This document shows positions 13,604-27,464 of a DNA stretch of 64,000 bases, piece after piece. Position 1 is the first letter of the stretch, and every line of letters starts with the position of its first letter. A program made the position numbers and the translations under genes. Under the pieces are notes generated by a model. It saw nothing but the letters and a program-made list of their open reading frames with translations, did no database searches and was not told where the DNA came from. The DNA is from Camelus ferus. Its lineage: Eukaryota. The stretch lies in contig NC_045696.1 in NCBI RefSeq assembly GCF_009834535.1, positions 111,726,001-111,790,000 of the forward strand, given 5' to 3'.

Positions 13604-14336
13604 GTTCTATGAGTTACACAGGCAGGTGTATATAGGTAAAATTTCAAACTTATTCATTTTTCATACAGATTATAATGACAATAATGGAAGAAAAATTCAC
13701 CCAAAATATCACCCCCTCAGGAAAAAATATTTGACATTTTTATTTGTATCGCTCTACTCTTTTCTCATATGCAAAATTGTACAGAATTAGCATCATATGT
13801 TGATAAAATGGTAAATTCCAGTTTTTCACATAATGAGTGAATTATGTGAAAATTATACTCCATTACTAAATAGGCCTCATGGTGAATATTTAAGATTCTG
13901 TGTCCTCTCTCGTTATTTATTTACTCTTGTCTCATTTGTTGGACATTTAGGAAGTCTCCAATAATTTACCAGGAGAAATAATGCTGCAATGAATGTTTTT
14001 ATCTGCTTTTATAGGCGTATTTTCTTATAATATTCCCAGAAGTGAGATTACCAGATAAAAAGATAGTAACACTCTGTAATTATTAATATGCTTTGGAAAT
14101 TTCTTTCTGAAAAGTTACAGAAACAGAGTTTTCATTAGCACAGGGTTAAAACAATGGGCCATGGAGCAGCCCAGTTCAGTCATTGCCTTCTGCATGAGCT
14201 CGGGAAAGTCAGTTCTACTTTAAGCTTCAATTTCCCCATCTGTCAAAAGAGGAAACTAATCTTTGCTTTCTGTGAGGATTAAAAGAGATAATCTAGGCAA
14301 AGGTGACCCATAATAAGCAGCTTCCCAGTACTAGTG

Positions 14337-14400
14337 AGGATGCTGTGATGAGGATGATGATGGTGATAATGGAGGTGGTGATGGTGATGACGGTGATGAG
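14337..14400 (+). repeat. Imperfect (GAT/GGT)n trinucleotide repeat
   Basis: gatgaggatgatgatggtgataatggaggtggtgatggtgatgac, between MIR fragments. Confidence 0.8.
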
Positions 14401-14503
14401 CTTCAGTTTTTTTATGAAAAACTGAGGTTCAGACTTAAGCATCTTGCCCAATGACACACAATTGGGGACTAGCACTTCAGACTCTAATTCATGCCTTTTG
14501 CTG

Positions 14504-14540
14504 GTTTTTTTGTTTTTGTTTTTGTTTTTGTTTTTTTTTT
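14504..14540 (+). repeat. (GTTTTT)n microsatellite
   Basis: Seen directly. Confidence 0.9.
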
Positions 14541-15365
14541 GATGACACCCAAGGATCTCCTGAGATTCTGAATACAGAAATAGTTTTGATTTTGCGTTCA
14601 CTCCCAGGGGCATTTCATCTGCAGATGGACTTCTAAGTCTCAGATATCAACTAATCTGTTCACCCCAGATCTGAGTATGCTGTTGGTCCATCTCTAATCT
14701 GCTCCACAAATCCAGAGGTGACCATTTTTTCCTTTTTAGCTTTTAAATTAAACAAGTAACAAATGAGTGTTAGATGACATAATATTTGTGCCTTCAAACC
14801 CTCACATCAGCCTAGTCACCAAACCTGCCACAACAGCCCCTTCCCATCTGACAGATTTAGATTGCTCTTTAAAGTAGATGTCGACAAGTTCTAACTCTGA
14901 GTTCATTTATATTCATAATCCTTTACCTACACTCTGATTTTCCAAGGTTAATGAAATCAGTACTCCTGAAACTGAGAATTAATATCCAAGAAGAGTTCAC
15001 ATATAAAAAATATATTACTTCCTCCTCTCCTCTTTATTTCTTCTTTTACAAAAATTATGTCCCTAAGAAAGGTCAAAAATTATAGTCAATAACAACATGA
15101 GAATTTTGATAAAACCTATCATTTTTGTCTATTTAATATTCCATACAAAAGGCAAAGATGGAGTCTAGAAACCCTCTTGGCAACTTTTGCCAGTGCTCAA
15201 TCACTCCTCTCAGATGTTTTCTGTAAGTTTACTCATTGACCCAGTTGCACTTCTCAATGTTGGTTGGACTTGGTAGCAACTTTGATTTAAAATATTTGAG
15301 GCAAATCTAATTCTAGGAATTAATGACACTTGTGATTATAGACTGGGAGCAACTGGGGGTCTAGA

Positions 15366-15578
15366 GCAAATGTCAGCAAACATTTTCCTTAAGCAGTCAG
15401 ATGGTAAAGATTTTTAGGCTTCATAGACAAAAGGTCATTGGTGTAACTAGTCAATTCTGCTGTTATTGCACTAAAGCAGTCATAGATGGTGTGTCCATGA
15501 GTAGGTGTCATATGGTCCAATAAAACTTCATTTACTAGAGCACACAGTAGGCCTGCAGGCCACAGTTTGCTGACTTCT
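15366..15578. mobile_element. MER58A-type hAT element
   Basis: gtcagcaaac...gtttgctgac inverted ends; 8-bp duplication ggtctaga at 15358-15365 and 15579-15586. Confidence 0.8.
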
Positions 15579-17009
15579 GGTCTAGAAACTGGTAGAACTT
15601 GCACTTCTAGATGTCGGTGACACTAGCAGTGTCTTGACACTTCATGGCAGTCCATAACACTTTAAAGGCACATACAATTCTAGGTTTTGGTGTTTTCTGG
15701 CACTTTGTGGAACCAGCACTTGGAGAAGGCCTCTGGGGTCTTGGTGGAGTTTGCGATTCTAGATCTTGTTAGCACGTGAGAGCTTATGCCTGGTAATTCT
15801 TGTGCCTATGGCTCTTGGTGGCATTTACACTTCTAGAAGGTGGTTATGTAATGGCATTAAGGGTCACTTGCCAACCCTAAAATTATAGCCCTGATAGTAA
15901 ACTCTCAGAGAATGTTTGTTCAGGGAATAAATGACCCCCTTCTTGGGTCTCCAAGGTGTGCTAAAAATTACATCTCTAACATTTCCAAGTCTCTATACTC
16001 CATGATTTTTCATTCGATAAAAACTGGCTACTTAATTTGGAAAAAGTGACAGACTCTGGCCAACAGGTGGTTCCGGTTTTCATTAATTCATATTTGCTGT
16101 CACCATGTCAGCAAATATTAATTTAGAGTCTCCTATACACAGGGTACAGAATGTCCTCTAACTAACCATTTCAAATGCTGTCCGGAGCTAACTGGGTTCA
16201 TGAGCGTCACAAATATCTTTTATTGAAGCTTAGTATGCCTTCTAAAGTATTATGGACAAATTTCTGCATTCTCTAATAAATGAGGCCAGCATTCTTAAAT
16301 TAAAAAATATAGACTTTCATCCCTGCTCTGCACAACTCTGAGAATGTACTAGTCTGGGTTAGAAAACTCCAATTTTACAAGAATAAAATAACAAGAACTA
16401 AGTCAGGTCTACCTATTGATTTAAGAACATGATTAGAAAGAAAATGCTATTTTGAAAAATACAAAAAAAATTTATTTATGCTCAATGAATTTGTTTGTTT
16501 TTTAAAATAAAATAATTAAGCCAAGGTGGCAACATTTCTGTAGAAGGGATTTGCAAGCTGGTCTGAAAAGCCATATTGACTACCAAGGTTTTGGCACCAT
16601 CATGTGGCCGTTTGATTTACCCATTAAAACCTGAAGTTCTGTCCTAACCAGTATATTCTCACGACCCCACGCCAAGCATAACCGACCTCTGGAAATAAAG
16701 AAGAAACTCTTCAAAACAGTGTTTCAGTCAAACCTGTTTTCTGTCTGGTAGGGAATAAAAGATTATTATAATTAAATCATTATCTGACTTATAAAGTTAT
16801 CTTGTCTATTTTGCATCGAACTGTTGTCAAGCCTTGTGGAATTTACTGGCTGAATGTCCCCTGAATCTTCTGTCTTCAGTCTTTCCCTGCTGCCAACACC
16901 CTGGTCCAGGCACTTCCGTCTGTCTCTCAGTTGATCTGTCTCCCAGGCTCCTCAAGCAATTCCCCTTCGTGCTCTCTCCAGTCCCTCCCCTGGTTCTCCA
17001 CTCTGCTGC

Positions 17010-17654
17010 TGTTAGAGCAGGCAGATAGTTAAATACGAGCAGAGAAAGAGGGGCACAGGCCAAACGGCAGGAACTGGCCAAAAAGGAGGGGCACGGGGCC
17101 AAATGTGGGAAACCCTACACCATGTAAACAACAGGGGTCCCTGGGCAGACAAAGAAAAGCAGGAATCTTTGGCCTGATAAACGGCCACACATTTGGGGGT
17201 GACAAGTGCCCTGGAAGCCAACAAAGAAAGGTGGGAAAAGGCAGGACTCTCCAGTGTCCAAAGGTAACCTTTTGCTTATTATGTCCAAATTTCAATAAAA
17301 CTAGCCTTGCAGATCAGAAGTACCCATCATGCGCCGACACCATGACACTTCTGATCCAGACTACACAAGGACAAAAATCCCTCCTCCCTTAGGAAAGTGG
17401 AAGCTGGTATGAAAATCAGGGACTAGGACTCCAAACCCTTCCCTCCCCAGTGAATATTCTGCCCATTCATTTTTACACTCTGTGTAAACAACTTATCAAA
17501 GAAACTCAGGGCAGCTGCTCACCTGAGCCTGCCCGCTCTCCCCGTGAGAGTGTCCCATCCATCCCTTAATAAATCCTCACTTTACTTTCTTAATCTCTGT
17601 GTCTCGTCTCTGAATTCTTTCTGCAACGGGACACGAACCTAGTCACCGGCAACA
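17010..17654 (+). mobile_element. ERV1-type solo LTR (family C) inserted in L2
   Basis: TGTTAG...AACA; TSD ctgc/ctgt; AATAAA near 17568; related copy at 30465-30846. Confidence 0.9.
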
Positions 17655-17781
17655 CTGTCACTGTGACTTGTGCTAAAGCAAAGCTGACCATGTCACTCCT
17701 AAACACTACCTAAAACCCTTCAATAACGTCCCACTTCTCCCAAGAAAAATGTCCCAGTTTTAGCTTAGCCTGCAGGACACA

Positions 17782-18270
17782 CAGCACTGCCCAGTACGGG
17801 GGGGACCTCCAGCCACCTGTGGTTACTGTGCACTGGAAATGTGGCTTGTGCAAACTAAATATTCTGTGAGTGTAGAACACACCCCAGACTTTGAAGACTT
17901 AAAACATAAAAAACAATGTCAACTATCTCATTAATAATTTTATAGTGAAATGATAATACTTCGGATATAATGGGCTAAATATAGTATATTATTAAACTTA
18001 TTTTCACCTGTTTCTTTTTTTATTGACGTATAGTCAATTCACAATCTGTTAATTTCTGGTGTACAGCATCAGGATTCATTTATACATATATAAATTATAC
18101 ATATATATATATATATATTCCTTTGCATATTCTTTTTCATTATAGACTATTACAAGGTACCGAATACAGTTCCCTGTGCTATACAGTAGGACCTTGTTTA
18201 TCTAGTTTATATATAGTAGTTAATATCTGCAATCACCTGTTTCTTATTACTTTTATAATGTGTACCTAGA
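17782..18270. mobile_element. MER3/MER33-type DNA transposon interrupted by an L1 3' end (minus strand, 18017-18232)
   Basis: agccacctgtggttactgtgcactggaaatgtggct motif; L1 piece flanked by 13-bp TSD tcacctgtttctt (18004-18016 and 18233-18245). Confidence 0.8.
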
Positions 18271-20132
18271 ACAAATAGGAAAAATTCCTTTCCCTATGGC
18301 GTTTACAGTCCGAAGAGAGAAACGGGAGATGGAAATTAGAGTCTGTCAGATAGAACATGTAAGATAGTGACTCATGCTGAGGAGAAGGGAGGTACAAGGT
18401 GCCCACACAGGTGGCTGGATTCTAGGTAAGCAATTTTAGGCAAGGTGCCATTGAGTAGTGATTTTGAGTCCCGGAGAAAGTGAGAAGAGACACTCAGGAA
18501 AATCACTGGAGGCAGAGGCGTAAGGGTGAAGCCAGTCAGGCAGGAGCAGCCCTTGCTTTACTTAACAAGGAGCAAAGGGCGTGTGGCTTAAGCTCACTGA
18601 ACAAGGACAGAAGGGGGAAGTGGAAGTCAGGGAGATAACGAGGCGGATCATTGAGACTCTTACAGGATGTAGTGAGGACTTCAGCTGAGGAAGAGAGGAG
18701 CTCACCAGAGACCTTAAATAACACAGGTCTGCTGGCTGAGAAATTTTTAGTTTCCAGCCTCAGCTCTTTCCCTAACTCAAACCCATACAGCCAACCACTC
18801 CATACCTTTGTCTAAAAGCCCTTTTGAACATGACTGATTCCTATCTCTGCTGTATGTCAGAAACTAACACAACATTGTAAATCAACTATACTTCCGTTTA
18901 AAAAAAAATAAATTTTGAGTGAAGGAAATACCAAATTAGATAATGTATATGAAAGTAGTTTGAAGACAATAAAATAATGTAGAAATAAAGGTACTGTTAA
19001 AATGAAAAATAAATAAGTAAATAAAAAGAAAGAGGGGTAGAAGACGAGGGAAAAGAAGGAGAAAGAAGAGTGAAGGAGAAGAGAGGAGGAGGAGGAGGAA
19101 GAGAAGGGTGGGAAGAGAGAGATGGAAATGAGTTAGTCCAAATAGGTCATCTCTGGTTAGTAAGATTGTTGAGAACTTTATCTTTATTCTTTGTAAATTT
19201 CCACTAAAATCTTTTATACAATGTTAATTTTATAACTACTAAGGAAGGGAAGGTATTTTTAAAATGACTGAATTTCTGATATGCCACCCCCAAGAGCTGC
19301 TCCTCACCCAGGATTCCTTCTCTTACTAAATTACATTTACACAAATTTACTTAGCACTTAAATAAAAGTAATTTACAGTAAATGTGTTCTCATGTCAGTC
19401 CCAATATATAAGATTAAAAGCCATCACTCTCTTCCTGCAAAAAGCAACAGCTGAACAAACTGAAAGTCAGTGATTTTTCTTGGAGCTGTCTGAGAACAGA
19501 GGAAGGGAGGCAACTAGCACTCTGAAATCTGGAGACAGGTGCACCCAGAGGGTCACAGCCAAAGCCAGCTGACTGCAGGCAGGGGCCCCTGAAGTTGTAA
19601 ACCGCAGTTTCCACACACTGGCTATGATTAGATGGAGAATTTGACTCCTAGGCACCTGCCAGGTGCCAATGGCTTTCCGAGCAAGAAATGAAAACCCAAA
19701 GTAAAATGTTTACACAAGCCATGAAACCTAAAAGACAGGTTTTTGATTATGTACATAAAAATGAAGAAGTTCTGTACAACAAAATGGGAGACATTTTTTG
19801 AAATGACTAGGAAACTGGAGGAAGCTATTTGCAGCATAGGTAACAAAAGATCAATGTCCATGACATATGAACAGCATCGACAAATCATTTTTTAAGTATG
19901 AGCAAGTTCTTGAAACGTTTCCAATTCAGAAAACCTGGAATATATTCACCACAGGCAGGGTATAGCCATCTGGGAAAGTTCTATGCAACTGATAAAAGGA
20001 CTTCGGTAACTCATCTTCTATCTTAGAAAAATCTCCACGATTTGTATTTAAATGACAAAAACATGATAAACAGTGACAGTCTTATCTCAAAACAAAGTAG
20101 TATTTAACTTGTGTGTTCAAGACTTCTTTTAT

Positions 20133-20735
20133 AAAACACCTGCACCCCAATGTTCACAGCAGCACTATTTACAACAGCCAAGACATGGAAACGGCCTAAA
20201 TGTCCATCAACAGATGACTGGATAAAGAAGATGTGGTATATATTTATACAATGGAATACTACTCAGCCATAAAAAAAAGAATGAAATAATGCCATTTGTA
20301 GCAACATGGATGGACCTAGAGATGATCATACTAAGTGAAGAAAGTCAGACAAAGAAAGATAAATATCATATGACATCACTTCTATGTGGAATCTAAAAAA
20401 AATGACACAAATGAAATCATTTACAAAATAGAAACAGACTCACAGATGTAGAAAACAAACCCATGGTAGCCAAAGGGGAAAAAGGGTGGGGAAGGGATAA
20501 ATTGGGAGTTTGGGATTAGCAGATACAACCTTCAATATATACTATATATAAAATGGATTAAAAAGGTCCTACTGTTTAGCACAAGGAACTATACTCAATA
20601 TCATGTAATAACCTGTAATGGAAAAGAATATGAAAAAAAGAATATCTATGGTTACATATAACTGAATCGATTTGCTGTACACCAGAAACTAACACAACAT
20701 TGCAAACCAAGTATATTTCAACAACTACAACCAAA
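20133..20735 (+). mobile_element. L1 3' fragment
   Basis: ORF2 tail plus 3' UTR homologous to 7920-8500; 14-bp TSD aagacttcttttat (20119-20132 and 20736-20749). Confidence 0.93.
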
Positions 20736-23700
20736 AAGACTTCTTTTATGGCTTCACAATGGAGTTCTACAGTTTTCTCCCAAAAGGTCCTTTACCCATT
20801 TTGTTAGGTTTATTTCTGGGTATTTTATGTTCTGTGATGCCAATAAGAATAGAATATATTCTTCCATTATATTTCCTATATAAATTCCTGTACAGCCTAT
20901 ATAAAACTTGTTCATATTTTTATATAAGAAATCTGCTGGGTTTGGCATATTAATTTATAATTGGACTCCTTGATGAATTATCTTATTGTTTCTAGTAATT
21001 TAATAACTGTACCTATATATTCTATTTCTTATGTTTCCTTCTCCAAAAGGAGTTGTTAAATTGGACTGTAAGTCAGGGGAATTTCACTGCTAAACATCTG
21101 GGAGAAGAGAGGGGGGAATGGTAAAATTAAACATATTTAAAAAGAAAACAGTTTTGCAAAATCAAGTAAGTCAGTCTGTGATTCCTGAACTAAGGTTCCT
21201 GAAGTCATTCTCAGGCGAGGTGATGGTGGTCACACTCTTCAGGCAAACAGCTCTTTCTCTGAATGAAACCTTAAGCAAGAGCACAGTATCTAAAACTGCG
21301 CTTGTCTGATTGACACTGGGAGGCTGGGGAGGGGCTGCAGCATCCTGGGTAGAAGAAGAAACCTCCTTTAAGTGAGAGACTCCCCCAGAATAATGCACTG
21401 AGTGCAGCCTGAAGGCCCTTCCAGCCTCCCTGCCTTTTCATACCTGAGGATTGCACTCAAAATTATCATCTTTCCTAGTCCCCTACTATTCTCTCAAATT
21501 TATATTCCCCTTCTGCCAAAAAATCACTCTTTTTCAATGCATGGGGCCCCAAGATAACTTTTGGACACAAAAATAGGGCATTTGTTCACAGTCCCAATGA
21601 TCCAAGATCATTGTATTCTGAGATTTGACTCAACTTCAAGGAACCAGAAAACAAAAAACTGCATGATGACTTTTTGCTTTAAAATGTATTTAACCAATTC
21701 TCTAGAATGCCTGCCTGCTGACCTTAAAAACGTGCCAAGTGAGCGATTAAAATTCCATTGTTTCTGCTGATTTTATGTCTTTATGAAGGTTATCATCCAT
21801 TTAACCAAGGTCTGACTCTGCATATCCACAACTGCTTGAGGAGAGAGAACCTCTCCACACATCAGGAAAATCAGATCAAAACAAAACTGGAAAGGAGGCA
21901 AAGAACTTTTAAAACATTCTAGACCCAGGATGGGGCTTTAAATAGCCGGGCTTTCCTATGCCTGGTACAAATCATCCTCCCGTTCCATTTGCAAGACTGG
22001 CAAACCGAGAGGGGTCTGCTGTCCAGCAGGCACCCACAATCACCCACTTGGGCATTTGGTTCTTCCAGTGCCGCGCTCAGAAGAGCTGGCAGCTGTACCT
22101 GGAAGCTCCTTTTACTGTCCTGGCACGCCTCTCTGTGTGCTTACATAAAATCCCCATCTGGTGCTCTACGGGTGATTTTAATTACAAGAGTGAATTTGGC
22201 GAGTAGATGAGATAAAGCATCAAAAGTTTTCCACATGATGAAATTGCATCTCCTGGCAATTTACTTTTTGATTAACTGACTCGGCTAAACTACGTTGTTT
22301 TTGAGCTAAAGCCTTTCCACTGAAATCATGTCTTGGGGCAGAAGGAGCTATCTAGAGCTGAGCAATCCCACTGACCAGCAGGCTTTCTCTAAAGTAAACC
22401 CTGTCGGCTGCCAGAGGCTCTCTCATAAGTACAGTGTAGCACAGGGATTAAATGAATAGCTCTGCCACAGGTGATGTAAAAAGAACATATACACAGTTGA
22501 GGAAAATCCTAAGTGTCCAGATTCACAGTATTTAAGTAGCTTAGCCAAAACTGGATACACTATTTCCAATTCTCTTTCGTAAAAGCTTATTGTAATCCCA
22601 TCTCCAGGCTTCGGTTGAATATTTAGTTTTCTGTCTCAGTTAAAGTCAAGACTTGCAAGCTGAAGGGTGCAATGCATGTCTCTTCTAGTAGCCAAATGAT
22701 GCATACATGACTTCTATTGGTGTCCATCTCTTTCTGTCTGCAGAGCTGTCCCACTGATTCTGGATATACTGCACATTGGTTTTATGTATCAAGCATTGCT
22801 GATGAAAAGTCTGATATCATTCTGATTTTCTTTCTTTTGTAAGTAATTTGTTTTTTATCCTTTAAGCTCTCCTTTATATTTCAAGTGTTTTGAAGTTTCA
22901 CTATAACGTGTTAATTTTTGTGAAAGGTATAAGATCTGGGTCTAGGTTCTTTTTTTTTTTTTTTTTTTTTTTTTTGCATCTGGACTTCCAATTGTTCCAG
23001 TACCGTTTGTTGAAAAGAGTATCCTTTTTCTATTGAATTGCCTTTGCTCCTTTGTCAAAGATCCGTGAGGGTTTATTTCTGAGCTCCTTTATCTGTGTCA
23101 TTGATCTCTATCAGTCTACGTATCTGTTGCCAGTACCATGCTATCAGCTTGCCCTGCAAGAAAGGGTCACCAATATACTCTCCAACTAACACTGTTTTAT
23201 CTTTTCTCCATATTCCCATCAATACCTGTCTTTTAAATTTTGTTTTCTATTTGCTGGACTCTTCTCCCCACCCCAAATCTTTATTTTTGCAAAATGCCTA
23301 ATATATTATTTTTTTAATGATTTGTCGGTACTATTTACATATTATAGATATTGACCTTTTGTTACTGATATTGCAAATAGTTCCCTCCAATTTCCTAGTA
23401 ATCTTTTAACTTTGTTTCCCTTTTATTACACAGAAGTTCTTCGTTTCTGTGTAGTCAAACCCATCTTTTAAATTGCATGGCTTCTGTAAATGTTTTACTT
23501 CTCGGTTTCATTTCTTACTTAGAAAAGTCTTGACACCTGCCAGGTACCTAGGAATCAAATTCTCAATCTAATTGTAGCCATTGTGTGGAACTTGCGTTTT
23601 ATGTATATTTTGCTTTCTCGTATCATGAATCTACTTTTCTTAATGTGGTCTAACATCCAATTTAGCTAATATATCTAATGCCACCTCAGAAAAAGTTTGT

Positions 23701-23749
23701 GTCTTACGGGAAGTAAACTTAGAATAAAGTGGATAAAAATAAATGTACA

Positions 23750-24290
23750 CTTCACTCTTAGATATAGACCCCAAAGAATTGAAACCAATTGTCCAAACGG
23801 AAACTTGTATACAAATGTTCATACAGCACTATTCACAAAATCCAAAAGGTAGAAACAAGCCAAAAGTCCATCCAATAATGAATGGATAAACAAAAGGTGG
23901 TATACTATCCAATGGAACAGTATTCAGCCACTACTAGGAGTGAAATGCTAATCCACGCTACAACCTAATGAACCTGGAAAACGTCGTGCTGTGTGAAAAG
24001 AAGCCGGCACAGCAGTTCTCATAGGGTGTGACCCCATTTACATGAAACACCGAGAATAAGTAAATCCAGAGAGATGGAACGCGAATTAGTGGTTGCTAGG
24101 GATTGTGGGGAGCGGGTAATGGAGATTGACCGGGTAATGAGTAAAGGGTTTCCTTAAGGATGATGAAAATGCTTTGGAACTAGATAAAGGCCATGGTACA
24201 ACATTTGTGAATATACTCAATGCCACTGAATTGTGCACTTTAAATGGTGAAGTTTCTATTATGTGAATTTTACTTAAGCATTTTTTTAAA
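23750..24290 (+). mobile_element. Old L1 (L1MB-like) 3' end
   Basis: aatgaatggataaacaaaaggtgg...tgaaaatgctttggaactagata...gccactgaattgtgcactttaaatgg. Confidence 0.85.
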
Positions 24291-25559
24291 AAGTAAAAAT
24301 ATATCTATAAACATTTCTTCCTAAGGTGGGGATCTTAATCTCTTCCCACTGCAAATGATTGTTACAATGCAGGCATGATACTCAGGAATTTAAAGCACCA
24401 TACAACTGTATCATGAGCAAATACATCACAATTACAATTGTTTTCCTCCCTGGGACAGATTTTTGCCTTTTTTTCAAAGCCTCTCAGCTGTGGTATGTCA
24501 TTGGTCAATCTGTTAGGACAACAAATTGCTTGGTTTTTTACCACTGCTCCACTTGCATTTCGATATTAGGAAGGTCATGGTTAAAATTCTAGCCCATCGC
24601 TGTCCAGACTCCAGGGAGGAGCTGGCAGCTGGTGTTCCTATTGACTGGAGCCCACGGAAGCACAAAAGGGAGAACGTGAGCCCTTCCCTCAGGGCAGAGC
24701 TCACTGCAGGGTTCCCACTGCATAGTGTTGCTGTTTCATTTTCTTATTCCAAATGTCAACATCTTTTGAGCACTTCTCATTTGCCAGCCACTGTTTTAGG
24801 TACTTGGAATACAGTCACCAACAAACCAGTGAAAGATGCCAGCCCTTGTGGAGCTTGCCTTCTGTAGACAAAGACAGAAAAATAAGTGATAAACTTAATA
24901 AGGAAGGAAATTGTTTAGAGTGTGTTAGAAGTGATGAAATGCTACGGGAAGAAGGACCGGTAAGGAGCAGTAGGAGAGCCTTTCTAGTAGGTGATCAGGC
25001 TAAGCCTCTTTGGAAGAGTGATGCATGAACAAATCTGTGAAGGAAGAAAGAGTTAGGCCCCTAGGAATCTAACACTCATCCTCGATGAGTGATTCCGGCA
25101 GAGCCCAGGCAGGTGACCTGGGGCAGGAGCACGTCGCAGCCTCAGTGAGGAGACCAGTGCAGTGGGAAAGGAGTGACCGATGGGAGTGAGGCCAGACAGG
25201 CAAAGTGGGAGGCAGATCACATCAGGTCCTTGTGGCCAATTGTGAGGAGTCTGGTTCTTACAAATGGGTACAGTGGGGGCCGTGGCAAGGTTCTGAGCAG
25301 AGGCATTGACTGTGTCCGGCTTGACTTCTCATGTCTCTCAGGTGGTTCTCCCTCGATGACTCTTGGCTCAGCACATCATCTCCTGAATCAGATGCTTCTA
25401 GTGCACATTTCAGAATCTTCTTAACCCTGCCTCTTACTTTATCCAATGCTGCAGTTACTAGTTCTATGCAGGCTTTGACCTCCTTTGTCCCTGGGAGACC
25501 AGGCTCTACCTTGCCTTAAGTTGCACTGTATCTGTCTTGATTTCTGCCCAGGGATTCCT

Positions 25560-25960
25560 TTGAGGCTCACCCAGGATGCCTTCCAAGTCACCTGGAATTC
25601 ATGCATTCATGCATTCTTGATCCAGATGTATAGGGAAGTTACCATCAGTGAGACCACTCTTGACCATGGGGAATAGATGTCGATGAGTAAATGCTCCCCT
25701 CTTGAATTCCCTACCATGTGCCCAAGAAAACAGTTGTTAGATGCATTTCATAAGGCTCCTCAGGAAGTCTCACCGGATCCAACACAAGATGCCTCCAGCT
25801 CTGGTCCAGCTCAGCGATGCATCGTTGTGTTGACTTCCCTCCTTTCCTGTTTCATTCCGCCATCCTGTACCCGTTTCCTGGGATCACATTTTCAAATAAA
25901 CTGACTTCACACAAACTTATATCTCAAGTTCTGCTTTAGGAGAAACCCAGCCTAAGATAC
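25560..25960 (+). mobile_element. Old ERVL-class LTR (LTR33-like)
   Basis: 3' end aataaact...atctcaagttctgctttaggagaaacccagcctaagata. Confidence 0.55.
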
Positions 25961-27464
25961 CTTCCTCCACCTTCAAATCTTATTCCTGCAGAGTGGAGCC
26001 CCCTGGAACAGGGTGCCTTCCTGGAGTCTCACAAACTGTCACGCTCCCCTGGCCTTGATGGACAGCCAGTTCTACCCTGGCTGCCCCTTCAGCTCCTTCG
26101 AGTTCCCAGTCACCTTCCCATCCCTCCCTGCCTCCTCTGTTCCCCACAGCTAGAGGCAGAAATGAACCTGGAAAATAGGTGCCCACCAGATTATGAAAGA
26201 CTTTGGATGCCATGCCCAAAATTTACAGGCAGAAGAGATCCACTGGATGCTTTAATCAGGGGAGCAATGTGATCACATGTGAGAAGAATAACTAATGACA
26301 GTAGAGAAGGTAGCCGAGAAGAAGAAAGTCTGGAGTCTGGATTAAGAACCAAGAAAGTGGAGGAATATCCACTCTGATGATGGCCATCTTCTCTTCCACA
26401 CTGGTCGTCTGCCAATAATTCTGGGCTGGTGGAGTGGAGCCAGGGCCCAAGGGGATGGTAGATGTGCCCCTCCCTGAGGTCCACCTGTGGAGGGCTGGGT
26501 TGCCCTGAGCTGGGTTGGCATGGAGGGATAAACAGATAAGGGAACTGCTGATGTGAGAAATGTGGTTGAAGGGATGGACCAGGGGACTCTGACTGGACAG
26601 GGAAGGTAAAGCAGCCAAGAGGCAAGGCTGACGGTCTGAATCAAGCAGTCAAACAGTGATGGGTTTGAGAAAGAGCAAGGAGGTGGAACTTTAAAATGTC
26701 CATTTTACACCTTTAGTACAATTCTGGGTGGAAGGCTTGGTGTGGACTCCATGGACACTAATCACTCAATAGGGCTTGGGGATTATCAGTAGATTACAAG
26801 GATAATTGGGCTGAATATGCAGTGAAATTCAATCCTGTTTAACTTACGGGAACTGATTATCTCATTTCAAAGTCTAAAGTAAGACAGGACAAAAAAACTT
26901 TCCATGAGTTCAGCATAAACACTAACATGGGGCCGTGGGCACAGGGCTAGAAAAATGCCACAGTCATGTTCCAAAATTTATTTAGAAAAATGCCCACTGT
27001 GGTCAGAAACTAATCACATAGCATTTGGAAGTGTTGATAAGACTGATAAAAATATAAGTAAATTAATAATCTTTTAATCCAACTTTAAGAATAAATTTGA
27101 TTCACCAATTTGGCAATTTTTCCCTGTTCTGAATAATTAAAATTTTTCCTTTTCTTTCTGTAATTGAACAACTGATTATTCATTATCCCTTTTACTATTG
27201 AAAATATTTTCATATATATGGAATTAAACAGCCAAGATAAATGCAATAGGCCAAGATAGGAATGAGGTCTAGAAACTATCAAGGAGGTTTTCGTTGCTTG
27301 TTTGTTTTGTCCTTTTACTTGTAAATAGTTGTAATGGACCAACATTATCACCTCATCTAAACTTCATTTACTACTTTGAAAAAATACAGAAAGATATATC
27401 AAGGCTTTAAAAAAAGGCAAATCAATATACGTACCAATAGAAAAATAAATAGTCAAATCCCACT

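Noticed and set aside
15170..15870. CRISPR-like repeat-spacer reading of the ~75-bp periodicity
   Set aside because: Units are highly degenerate, the context is mammalian and there are no cas genes.
16058..16612. CTCF-like motifs (16058, 16593; also near 36205 and 37112)
   Set aside because: Each has mismatches or an indel in the core; not supportable without a PWM scan or ChIP.
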